A DNA stretch of 64,000 nt. Origin: Bryobacterales bacterium (GTDB taxonomy: Bacteria > Acidobacteriota > Terriglobia > Bryobacterales > UBA6623). The translations under genes and the position numbers were made by a program. This document shows, one piece after another, positions 32,775-41,601 of this stretch; position 1 is the first letter of the stretch; the number at the start of each line of letters is the position of its first letter. The DNA is taken from positions 141,966 through 205,965 of the forward strand of contig CBDDCY010000005.1 of assembly GCA_965226435.1 (NCBI GenBank). The letters are read 5' to 3'. The notes under the pieces are model-generated. The model was not told the DNA's origin, ran no database searches, and was given only the letters and a program-made list of their open reading frames with translations.

Positions 32775-35700
32775 ATGCCTTTTATGCAGCCCAACCGTTC
32801 CGTGAGTCGCCCCGCCTTGCTCGCGGCGGTTCTTTGCGCGTTCGTCATGCCATCGGCGACGTTGGCGCAGCCGGCCGACGCGCCTCGCTTCAACGACCCC
32901 GCCCAACACGCTCGCGACATGGCCGCGGGACTCAAGCTTTTCACCGAACAGGTGCGGCCCTTGCTGGTCGCGCGGTGCTTGGCTTGCCACGGGGGCGGGC
33001 AAAAGCTGGGAGATTTCGACTTATCCACGCGCGAGGCGCTGCTCGCGAGCGGGAAGCTGGGCGACAGCGCGGCCGATAGCCGTTTACTCAAGCTGATCCG
33101 ACATGAGGAAGAGCCCTTTATGCCGTTTCAGCAAGAGAAACTCTCCGCCGAGGCGGTCGATGCGATCGCACGTTGGGTGGACTGGGGCGCGCCCTACGAT
33201 GAGCCGCTCGCCGACTCGTCGGCCGATGCCGGGCAGTCGGAAGACGCTCCGATGGAGGTCACGGAAGAGCAGCGCTCTTTTTGGTCGTTTCGTCCGCTGG
33301 GAAAGGCGGCTCCGCGCGCGGCCGGCGATTCGTCTTGGGCTGCCTCGCCGATCGACCATTTCATCCGGCAAAAGCTCGAATCGAAGGGCTTGACACCAAA
33401 TGCGGCGGCCGGTCGCCGCGCGTTGATCCGTCGCGCTTATTTGAATTTGCTCGGATTGCCGCCCGGGCCTGAAGAAGTAGAGGCGTTCGTCAACGATTCA
33501 TCTCCCGATGCCTACGAAAAATTGGTCGACGGTTTGCTCGACTCTCCGCACTACGGCGAGCGCTGGGCGCGCCATTGGATAGACATCGCCCGTTTCGGCG
33601 AAAGCGACGGCTTCGAGCAGGACTTCGACCGACCCTACTCCTTCCACTACCGCGACTTTCTGATCCGTGCTTTCAACGAAGACATGCCCTACGATCGCTT
33701 TGTGCGCTGGCAGCTCGCCGGCGACGAGCTGGCCCCGGATAATCCACAAGCCATGATCGCCACGGGTTTTCTCGGCGGCGGCCCGTTCCCGACCCAAATT
33801 ACCGAGGCTGAGTTCGAGACCGCGCGTTACGACGAATTGGATGACATGATCGGCACCATGGGTACGGCCATGCTGGGCCTGACCGTCGGCTGCGCGCGTT
33901 GCCACGATCACAAGTACGATCCGATTCCCAATCGCGATTACTATCGTCTCGCTTCGGTCTTCGGACGCACGATTCGCTCCGAGATCGACTACGATCCCGG
34001 CTGGGAAGCCTACCTGCAAGCGAAAGAAAAGTGGGACCGGGAGCACGCCGAGCTTGAAGCCGCCCGCGCCAAATACGACCGCAAACGTCTTTCGGCGCGC
34101 TTTGAGAAATGGCTGAAACGCGCGGCGAAAGGCGCCCGGCCCGCCATCCCCGCCGAGCAGTCTTGGCGGGTGCTGGACTTGACGGAGTATAAGTCCAAGG
34201 GCGGCGCGGTGTTTGAGAAGCTCGATGACGGATCGTTGCTTGCCTCGGGACCGAATACGATGTTCGACAGCTACACGTTTACGGCGGAAACCGACGCCAC
34301 GGACATTGCTTCGATCCGCGTCGAGGCGTTGACGCATCCGTCGCTGTTCGAGCAGGGTCCCGGACGATCGATTTCAGGTCAATTTCTACTGGGGGCGTTC
34401 CGCGTCGATATACAATCGATTGCCGTCGGAGAGATTGATCCTATTAAGACCGAGTTGGCCGCCGCGCGCGCCACCGATCACCTCCAGGCGGATGCGAGGT
34501 CCGTTGAGGGCGCGGCGAATATCCGAGGTACTTTCCTGGGATGGACGCTGAGCCCTTCCGGGATCGGGGCCGACCAGGCGGCGGTGTTCGATTTCGCCAA
34601 GCCGATTGGATTCGAGGACGGCACGCGATTGATCATCAGCCTGCGCTTCGCCTACAACACGCAATTCGCGCTGGGCCGGCCGCGGCTGTCGATCTCGACC
34701 GAGAGCGGCCTGGAGGCGGCGGTGGGCGGCGGCGTCCCGCAAAACGTGGTGGAGGGTCTTGCGCTATTGAAGCGGGCCGGGCAGGACGCCCTTTCCGACA
34801 AACAGCGCGCGGCGCTCTTCGACTGGTTTGGGCGTTCGGACAAGCGCCGGCGGGAGCACGACGACAAGCTTCGGGCGCATCGGGACGCCAAACCGCTCTC
34901 GCCGAAGACGAAGATGCAGGTCAACTCAGAGGGCTTTTCGCCGAAAGAGCACGCCGCCGAGGGCCGCGGCTACCCGCATTTTTACGAAAAAACGCATTTC
35001 TTGAACCGAGGCGATGCGAATAACAAGGTCGGCGTCGCCGAACCGGGGTTTCTACGGCTGTTGATGCGCGATGGGCGCGACGAAACCGATTGGCGCGTTT
35101 CGCCCCCTTCCGATTGGAAGCGGACCGGATTCACCCGGGCCTCCCTGGCGCGTTGGATGACCGACGCCGACAACGGCGGCGGGTCGCTGCTGGCGCGCGT
35201 CATTGTCAATCGTCTCTGGCATCACCACTTCGGCCGCGGGATCGTCGCCTCGCCGAGCGACTTGGGAATGCAAGGCGAACGGCCCACTCACCCCGAGCTG
35301 CTCGACTGGTTGGCGCGAGATCTGGTCGATCACGGTTGGCGGCTCAAACGTCTCCACAAATCGATCATGATGAGCGCCGTCTATCAAGTCAGCGCCGCGT
35401 ATGACGCCGAAAAGGCGGCCGCCGATATCGGCAATCTCTACCGTTGGCGCTGGACCCCGCGACGGCTGGAAGCCGAAGCTGTTCGCGATTCGCTGTTGCA
35501 AGTTTCGGGTTTGCTTGACCCAACGATGCACGGCCCCGGTTCGCCGCGGGCCGAGATGCAACGACGCAGCATCTACTTTTTCATCAAACGCAGCGAACCG
35601 ATTCCGTCGATGATGTTGTTCGACTGGCCCGAACACTTGGTGGGAATTGGGCGCCGACCCTCCACGACCATAGCGCCCCAGGCGCTGATGTTTCTCAACA

Positions 35701-35957
35701 GTCCCCAAACTCGGCGCTACGCGGAAGGTTTGGCCGGGAGACTGCAAGGGCGGAAAGGGCCCGCGGCGATTACGGAAGCCTACCGCATCGCCTACGGGCG
35801 CGAGCCGACGCCGGCGGAAATCGCCGATGGGGAACAGTTCCTCGACCAACAACGCCACTCGTACGAAGCCGAAGGCCGCGCCTCCGCGGCGGCGGCGGCG
35901 CTGGCTGACTATTGCCAGACGCTGCTGGGCCTCAACGAGTTTCTCTATATTCGGTGA
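32775..35957 (+). CDS. PSCyt1/DUF1549 (PSCyt2)/DUF1553 (PSD1) family protein
   Basis: Signal peptide after the ATG at 32775, a CLACHGGG heme-like motif, and ...SPHYGERWARHWIDIARFGESDG... and ...CARCHDHKYDPI... signatures. The track start 32436 is an extension over the repeat. Confidence 0.9.
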   Translation: MPFMQPNRSVSRPALLAAVLCAFVMPSATLAQPADAPRFNDPAQHARDMAAGLKLFTEQVRPLLVARCLACHGGGQKLGDFDLSTREALLASGKLGDSAADSRLLKLIRHEEEPFMPFQQEKLSAEAVDAIARWVDWGAPYDEPLADSSADAGQSEDAPMEVTEEQRSFWSFRPLGKAAPRAAGDSSWAASPIDHFIRQKLESKGLTPNAAAGRRALIRRAYLNLLGLPPGPEEVEAFVNDSSPDAYEKLVDGLLDSPHYGERWARHWIDIARFGESDGFEQDFDRPYSFHYRDFLIRAFNEDMPYDRFVRWQLAGDELAPDNPQAMIATGFLGGGPFPTQITEAEFETARYDELDDMIGTMGTAMLGLTVGCARCHDHKYDPIPNRDYYRLASVFGRTIRSEIDYDPGWEAYLQAKEKWDREHAELEAARAKYDRKRLSARFEKWLKRAAKGARPAIPAEQSWRVLDLTEYKSKGGAVFEKLDDGSLLASGPNTMFDSYTFTAETDATDIASIRVEALTHPSLFEQGPGRSISGQFLLGAFRVDIQSIAVGEIDPIKTELAAARATDHLQADARSVEGAANIRGTFLGWTLSPSGIGADQAAVFDFAKPIGFEDGTRLIISLRFAYNTQFALGRPRLSISTESGLEAAVGGGVPQNVVEGLALLKRAGQDALSDKQRAALFDWFGRSDKRRREHDDKLRAHRDAKPLSPKTKMQVNSEGFSPKEHAAEGRGYPHFYEKTHFLNRGDANNKVGVAEPGFLRLLMRDGRDETDWRVSPPSDWKRTGFTRASLARWMTDADNGGGSLLARVIVNRLWHHHFGRGIVASPSDLGMQGERPTHPELLDWLARDLVDHGWRLKRLHKSIMMSAVYQVSAAYDAEKAAADIGNLYRWRWTPRRLEAEAVRDSLLQVSGLLDPTMHGPGSPRAEMQRRSIYFFIKRSEPIPSMMLFDWPEHLVGIGRRPSTTIAPQALMFLNSPQTRRYAEGLAGRLQGRKGPAAITEAYRIAYGREPTPAEIADGEQFLDQQRHSYEAEGRASAAAAALADYCQTLLGLNEFLYIR

Positions 35958-36018
35958 GTCCGGAGTGGACCGCCTCCGCGGACGGGTCACCGGCGTTACG
36001 GGCTCTGCGTCGCCCGTG

Positions 36019-39000
36019 TCAAAAGCGGAAGCGCACGTTGAGTTGGAAAGTGCGAGGCAGGCCCTCCGACCTAACAATGCCGAAAAAGGAGGCGTCGACG
36101 TTGGTGGAAGGCGTGGCCCAGTTGCGGTTGTTGAAGGCGTTGAGCAGGTCGATGCCGAAGTCGATCGAGGTTGTTTCGCCCGTCGCCACTTGCCGCCCGA
36201 TGCGCAAATCCCATTGCTGAAACCCATGCATACGGACAGCGTTGCGGCCCAGCGTTCCAGGGCGTAGTTCGTCAAAATTCGTGGGCACGACGGCTTCGAA
36301 GGCCGTTGGGTCAAAAGCGAAACGACCTGTGACCTCACGGCCGTCGGAAAGAGTGAAGGTTCGCTCTCGGCCCGGGTCCAGGCGCTGAAACTCGCCGACG
36401 AGATCGGGCCGTCCCACGCGAACGAAGCTGAAGGTCGGGTCTTCCGCCTGCCTGATATCGAGCGGCAGACCGGAGTGAAAACGCCAGATTCCGCTCACTT
36501 GCCAGCCGTCGGCCCAAGGGACCTTTTCCGCTGTGTCGCGGGGTAACCGCAGCCGATAGAACCAGGTCGCCGACACCAAGTGGCGACGGTCGAAATCGGA
36601 GTGGGACCACGGTTCGCTCACCAGCGAGTCGCGAAAAACCGTGCTGCCGTTGTCGAAAGCGTTCGACCAGGTGTAGCTGACGTCGAAGGCCGTGTTGTCG
36701 CTCAGATAGCGCGTCACTTTCCACTGCAAACCGTTGTATCGTCCGTTACCCATGCTTTCGAACAAGCGAACATTGTCGTATTGCGAATACAGGCGCATCC
36801 TGCGGATCTGACCGAAGCCGAGCAGCGGACTTCGGACGAAAACGTTCAGCTCCCGTTGACGCTGTAGATTGAGCGAACGCGAGCCGACATAGATGACACT
36901 CAGGAAGACGCGGTGGGGCAGAAGCCTTTGCCAGCCGAACGTCCAATGATGAGCCAAGGTGTTGTCGAACAACGGGTCGAACGACAGCACGGGGAAACTG
37001 ACGCGTGAGCTACGAATGGTCGCCGCGGTCACCGGCGGAATAATCGACAGCGGAGCCTCGAAACTGCCCTGTCGTTGCAGGCGGGCGAAGTTGAAGCGGG
37101 TATTGGTGCTGAAGGGCGGGAAAGTCGCTTGGAACAGCGTCGCCGCGCTCGATCCGGCAAAAGCGCCGAAATCGTAAAAAACCCCGTAAGACGCTCGGAA
37201 GACGGAGCGGCCCGATTCACCTAAGATCAGACGAGCGGCCTTGCTCGTAGCGGTCGGTGAGTAGGCCAACCCGACTCGAGGCACGAAGTGTCGACCGTCG
37301 CTGCGTACCGTCGATCGGGGCAACGGGCCGAAGTCGCCGTCGGGGTCGCCTGGGAAGATCAAGTTGGGTAGAGTGTCCTCGAAGGCCTGTGTATCGACGT
37401 TGCGGCGGAAGGCGGCGATACGATCAAGCCGTTCGACCGCCGGCGGCTGGGCTTCATATCGAATACCGGTGGTGATTTGCAGACCCCGTAGAGGCCGCCA
37501 TTCAGCCTCGCCATAGGCCGCGAATTCATGCCAGCGGAGATTCATGCCGCGCGGCGTCGTGAGCTGGTAGAGAGCCGGAATGCCCATCAACAAGTCCGCG
37601 CCGCTGTTGCGACTACCGCGAAACGCGGTTGACGAAAACGTAAAACCACCGGCCGGATTCTCGGCGTTCGAAAAGGGCCAGATCCCGCGCCTCGCCATGG
37701 CTCCGGCGCGCAAGACGAGATTTCCCAACCGATAGGAAATGTCGTTGCGAATCTGAAACCCCGTCTGTGCCGAAGACTCGGAAAACAAGAAGGGCGCCAC
37801 GCGCAGCTTCTCCGTTGCGTCGTGGTCGAGAATCGTGACGTCGGGGAGCGTCGGAGGGTCGGCTCCGTAAGTCACGAAGTCGAAGCCGAAACTTTCCGCC
37901 GAGGTATCGAGGAAGTCGGGTTGTCCGCGGCGGCTATTGCTGGTCAGGCGTTGGCCCGCGACGCGAATGGTATTCAGCAGTCTCGCAGTGGGTGTGTAGC
38001 TGAGCGAGAGCTGGGCGTTTTGGGCTCGCTGCCGTCGCCGCACGGCCAAGCCGGGCGTTGACAACGGATCGAATGAAGGCTCGACGACGCGATTTTGAAA
38101 GTTGAAGTAGCTCCAATAGATCGCCCAATTTCCGGGCCGCCAATCGACGCGCCCCAAAAACATTTCGCCGTCCGCGGCCATGCGGCTTTCGGAACGATGC
38201 AGGTTTTCCCCTTCATTCGGAAGAGGCACGAAGGTGTCGAGATACTTCGCCATCAGCGGGTCAAAGGCTTCGGCGGGTACCTGGCCGTTGGGGAAAAGCG
38301 TAAAGCTTGCGGGGTCTCTCGGCAGATTCCGTTCGGGCGCCGATGAAAAGTCACCCGCTCTTTCCGCCAAGGTCAAGACCGGGGAAATTTCAGTGTGTTC
38401 GCGGTCTGTCCCCCAAACCTCCGCGTCGGCGAACGCAAAGAGATTACGCTTTTTCCAGATCGGCCCCCCGAATTGCCCGCCCGCGGCCCGGCCGCCGATG
38501 CGATCGGTGGAGCCATTGAACATCTCAAGCGCATCGCCCCTCCGAGGCCGCCAGAAGGCTCTCGCTTGGCCGTGCCAGTCAGCGCCGCCGTTGCGTGTGG
38601 TCACGGCCACGACGGCTCCGGCGTTGCGACCGTCCCGCGCCGAATAGGTATGGGTAACAACGCGGAATGTCTCAATCCCCTCCGGCGAGGGACCGAATGT
38701 GCCGGCTTGCGCCCCGCTGATGCGGTTTTGGGCGTTATTGGATGCGTAGTCGAGTTGATAATTGATGGCGGAGCGGCGCGAACCGTTCGCCGAAACAGGC
38801 GCGGCGAGGCCGGTGAACGGATCGACTTCGAGCGAGGCCGCCGGGCTGACTCCCGGCACCAAATGGAGCAGCTTGTCGATGGTCGTGCGGCCTTCCGATC
38901 CTAGAATCACCGGCGTGGCTTCGATCTGCTCCCGCACCAAGCCGTATTCGAGAGCCATGCCTTCCAGGCCGCCTTTGGGCCTCGTCAGGGGCGCCGTCAA

Positions 39001-39327
39001 CTTGCGCAGCTCCACGGCGATCTCGACCGGAATTTCGGGCAAGATATCGTAGGGGCCCATCCGTTGGACAGCGTAGCCTTCCAGATCGACCGCCAACGAG
39101 TAGCGCCCGGCCCGCAATCGGGTAAAGAAGAACTTACCCGCGAGATCCGTATGGGTCGTAATCGATTGAGCCGTGGAAAGATTGATCAGGCGGATTTCCA
39201 CCTGATCGAGAGGATTCTGATTCGGGTCCGCGACGAGGCCCACGATCGACCCGGCAGGGACTTGGCTAACCAGAGGCTGAGCGAACAAGACGCACGCAAC
39301 CGCCGGCAGGAGCATCCTCCCGCGCAT
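36019..39327 (-). CDS. TonB-dependent-receptor-like outer membrane protein with an N-terminal carboxypeptidase-regulatory-like domain
   Basis: Signal peptide, then GSIVGLVADPNQNPLDQVEIRLINL...GRYSLAVDLEGY (CarboxypepD_reg). 1102 aa, with the terminal beta-strand ...FQLNVRFRF. Confidence 0.85.
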   Translation of the reverse strand: MRGRMLLPAVACVLFAQPLVSQVPAGSIVGLVADPNQNPLDQVEIRLINLSTAQSITTHTDLAGKFFFTRLRAGRYSLAVDLEGYAVQRMGPYDILPEIPVEIAVELRKLTAPLTRPKGGLEGMALEYGLVREQIEATPVILGSEGRTTIDKLLHLVPGVSPAASLEVDPFTGLAAPVSANGSRRSAINYQLDYASNNAQNRISGAQAGTFGPSPEGIETFRVVTHTYSARDGRNAGAVVAVTTRNGGADWHGQARAFWRPRRGDALEMFNGSTDRIGGRAAGGQFGGPIWKKRNLFAFADAEVWGTDREHTEISPVLTLAERAGDFSSAPERNLPRDPASFTLFPNGQVPAEAFDPLMAKYLDTFVPLPNEGENLHRSESRMAADGEMFLGRVDWRPGNWAIYWSYFNFQNRVVEPSFDPLSTPGLAVRRRQRAQNAQLSLSYTPTARLLNTIRVAGQRLTSNSRRGQPDFLDTSAESFGFDFVTYGADPPTLPDVTILDHDATEKLRVAPFLFSESSAQTGFQIRNDISYRLGNLVLRAGAMARRGIWPFSNAENPAGGFTFSSTAFRGSRNSGADLLMGIPALYQLTTPRGMNLRWHEFAAYGEAEWRPLRGLQITTGIRYEAQPPAVERLDRIAAFRRNVDTQAFEDTLPNLIFPGDPDGDFGPLPRSTVRSDGRHFVPRVGLAYSPTATSKAARLILGESGRSVFRASYGVFYDFGAFAGSSAATLFQATFPPFSTNTRFNFARLQRQGSFEAPLSIIPPVTAATIRSSRVSFPVLSFDPLFDNTLAHHWTFGWQRLLPHRVFLSVIYVGSRSLNLQRQRELNVFVRSPLLGFGQIRRMRLYSQYDNVRLFESMGNGRYNGLQWKVTRYLSDNTAFDVSYTWSNAFDNGSTVFRDSLVSEPWSHSDFDRRHLVSATWFYRLRLPRDTAEKVPWADGWQVSGIWRFHSGLPLDIRQAEDPTFSFVRVGRPDLVGEFQRLDPGRERTFTLSDGREVTGRFAFDPTAFEAVVPTNFDELRPGTLGRNAVRMHGFQQWDLRIGRQVATGETTSIDFGIDLLNAFNNRNWATPSTNVDASFFGIVRSEGLPRTFQLNVRFRF

Positions 39328-39331
39328 GACT

Positions 39332-40963
39332 CTATTGTAGGGTTTCGAGGGGAGCCTTAAGGTGCGTTATGTGACCGCGAAGACGGCTCAGCAACTCACC
39401 GCAGGAGTAGTTTCCTTGATCGGCGCGAATCGTGCCCGGCACGGCGCCAAACAGCGACGTCAGCGTCGAATCGAGTTGAAGGGCGTCGTCAAGAAGGACT
39501 TTGCCTTGCTTGAGCCAAGCGGCTTCGGCGTGAACGGTTGCCTTATCGGCGCGGTAGGCCCAGTAGCGGCGCGGCAGCACTTCCGAGAGCCGGTCGTAGA
39601 GAGCGGCTTCCTCGTCTCGCAAGGCCGACAAGTGAAGCCGGATGATTTCACGCAGGCGGCGCTTCGTCTCGGGGGCCAACTGCTCCACATGATTACTCTC
39701 GACGCTGCTCAAGACGCTGTTCAACGCATAGGCGTGGGACAGCAACCGAGATTGGCCGCGGAAAATCCCGCTCACGTAGCGGTCCAGTTCCGCTTCGAGC
39801 AGCGATGGTTCGGGTGTCTGGAAAGACCTGCGCGCGGCGTCACTGAAGTGCGAGAGCAGAGACGTGCGCACGCCGCCGCCACTGGGACGATCCGAAGGAC
39901 GGGCGGCGGAGGCCAATCGAACCGACGGCTCGGTCGTCGCCGAGCGATCGTCCCGACGCGAGCGCACATCGAAGGCGATATCGGTCTCACCGGCTGTCCG
40001 CGAGAGAGCGTCAACCACCCGGCGGCGAGACGTTTCGTCTTCGACCGTTCCCACGAAGGTCAGTCGACCGTTACGCGGCTCGGGTCGCAAATCTTCCCGC
40101 CAAACACCGGCTTTCGCCAGCAGCCAATGGCCGTCGACTACCGTCGAAGCTGTTTCGACGGTCGCCGGAACCGGGCGTGTCGGCTCGAAAGACTCAAGCG
40201 CCGCGGGAGCAAGCGGTAGCGAAATCGATGCGGCCGGATCCATGAGCGGGACCAATCGGTTCGTCGGGCCGCTCCAGGCTATCTCAAGCATCGGAGCTTC
40301 GTGGTCGAGGGCGACCGGCGGGGCGGGCGACGTTGTCGTTGTAAAGCTGAAGGCGAAACGTTCGGGCGGCAACGGCACCGTCTCGGTAGTGACGGGAAAC
40401 GCAACAGCCGGCATCGGCGCGGTAAGATTTTCATCCGAGGCCGTCGCCGACCGCGCCGCTGGAGCGGCAGGCACGCGAGCGAGGTCGGCCGAAAGCCGAG
40501 TTTCGCTCGCCTGATCCTGATCGCCGGCTTGTTCGACCGCGACCGGCGGTGAATTCAAGGCCATGTAACCGCCCAGCGCGGCCATCAGAATCGTCGCCGC
40601 AATCCCGTATGCCGGCTGGCGCCATTGCGGGAAACCGACAATCGGCGGCAACGGACGCATCGACCCGCGCAGTCTTTCGAGCGAAGCTTCGCGCAAGGCC
40701 GCGGGCTCGGCGGGCACCGTGCGCTTCAGCTCAAGCTCGACCTCATAGAGCAGCGACTGTAGACCGACCATGGCCTCCTGGCAAAAGGCGCATCGGTCGA
40801 TGTGCTCGGCGCGCTGGGGGATCAACTCCCCGTCAAAGTGCCGCAACAATTCTTCGGTTGTCAGATGCCGCAAATTCTTCCTCTGCCGCCGGGCGGAGCT
40901 TCGTGAGCGCCCGGGAAATATAACTAACGACGGTCGAGATCGAAACGTCAAGAACCTCACCAA
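39332..40963 (-). CDS. anti-sigma factor (zf-HC2 type) with a long C-terminal extension; start uncertain (40873 TTG to 40963)
   Basis: HLTTEELLRHFDGELIPQRAEHIDRCAFCQEAM (HxxxCxxC), followed by a TM segment. It overlaps the 3' end of the ECF sigma gene. Confidence 0.7.
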   Translation of the reverse strand: MVRFLTFRSRPSLVIFPGRSRSSARRQRKNLRHLTTEELLRHFDGELIPQRAEHIDRCAFCQEAMVGLQSLLYEVELELKRTVPAEPAALREASLERLRGSMRPLPPIVGFPQWRQPAYGIAATILMAALGGYMALNSPPVAVEQAGDQDQASETRLSADLARVPAAPAARSATASDENLTAPMPAVAFPVTTETVPLPPERFAFSFTTTTSPAPPVALDHEAPMLEIAWSGPTNRLVPLMDPAASISLPLAPAALESFEPTRPVPATVETASTVVDGHWLLAKAGVWREDLRPEPRNGRLTFVGTVEDETSRRRVVDALSRTAGETDIAFDVRSRRDDRSATTEPSVRLASAARPSDRPSGGGVRTSLLSHFSDAARRSFQTPEPSLLEAELDRYVSGIFRGQSRLLSHAYALNSVLSSVESNHVEQLAPETKRRLREIIRLHLSALRDEEAALYDRLSEVLPRRYWAYRADKATVHAEAAWLKQGKVLLDDALQLDSTLTSLFGAVPGTIRADQGNYSCGELLSRLRGHITHLKAPLETLQ

Positions 40964-41381
40964 TTTCGCGGAGTTTAAGTCCCTCGCTCCGCAAGCGCAG
41001 GCACTCCAACTCGATCGCGGTCAGGCGATGCCAGGGAAGGCTCGCCAGTTCAGCCCCGCGGTCCAGCCCAACGGGCTCGACCACCATCCTGGCTTCGACC
41101 GCCAACCATCCTTGCTCATCGAGCAACTCGGGCTTCTTCTTGCGTCCCAGGTCCACCAACAGATTGTGGGCCACGCGAAACAGCCAAGCCTTGGGCTGCA
41201 AAATCTCCTCTTCTCGACTTCGGGCCTGGTAAAAGCGGACAAAGCTTTCCTGGGCGATGTCCTCGGCTTCGGAGCGATCGGAGAGGTGATAGCGAATATA
41301 CCGAAGTAAACTTTCTCGGTGTTCACCGAAGAGGTCTTCGGTTTCGCGGGTGGCCGAGCTGGTGTTCCCTTGGGCTCTCAC
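40833..41381 (-). CDS. ECF-type RNA polymerase sigma-70 factor
   Basis: Region 2 (AEDIAQESFVRFY) and the region 4 HTH (LREIGEVLDVSISTVVSYISRAL). Confidence 0.9.
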   Translation of the reverse strand: MRAQGNTSSATRETEDLFGEHRESLLRYIRYHLSDRSEAEDIAQESFVRFYQARSREEEILQPKAWLFRVAHNLLVDLGRKKKPELLDEQGWLAVEARMVVEPVGLDRGAELASLPWHRLTAIELECLRLRSEGLKLREIGEVLDVSISTVVSYISRALTKLRPAAEEEFAASDNRRIVAAL

Positions 41382-41601
41382 GAGAAGTCTCCCGTGCCGC
41401 TGTTGCCTGCTCTATACCCTTGAGTAGTAAAGACGTATAAGGCAACGATTCTTACGGCAAGAATCGGATATTTCCATTTTGCGCCTCGATCGGCTGGATG
41501 TCAATGGTTCCAGGCGCTCGATTGGGGAAGGACCAACGAACCGTGGAATTCCCGGTAGCGGAGCCCGTACGGCGAAAAAGGCCCGGAACCTCCGGAACCG
41601 G

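Noticed and set aside
35052-36338. Long ORFs antisense to, or overlapping, clearly assignable genes. Examples: 35052..36338(-), 20681..21574(-), 48037..49392(-), 50200..51261(-), 51668..52738(-), 15867..16895(+), 46330..47763(+), 59216..60460(+), 29580..30863(+), 8041..9003(+).
   Set aside because: These are typical shadow ORFs of high-GC DNA. Their translations are Arg/Pro/Gly/Ala-rich with no motifs. Each overlaps a gene with strong family signatures on the other strand or in another frame.
40833-40963. The 130-nt overlap of the anti-sigma ORF with the ECF sigma gene as a functional overlapping coding region.
   Set aside because: It is more simply explained by an over-extended ORF-track start. 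A TTG at 40873, or another downstream start, would reduce the overlap to the usual few codons.
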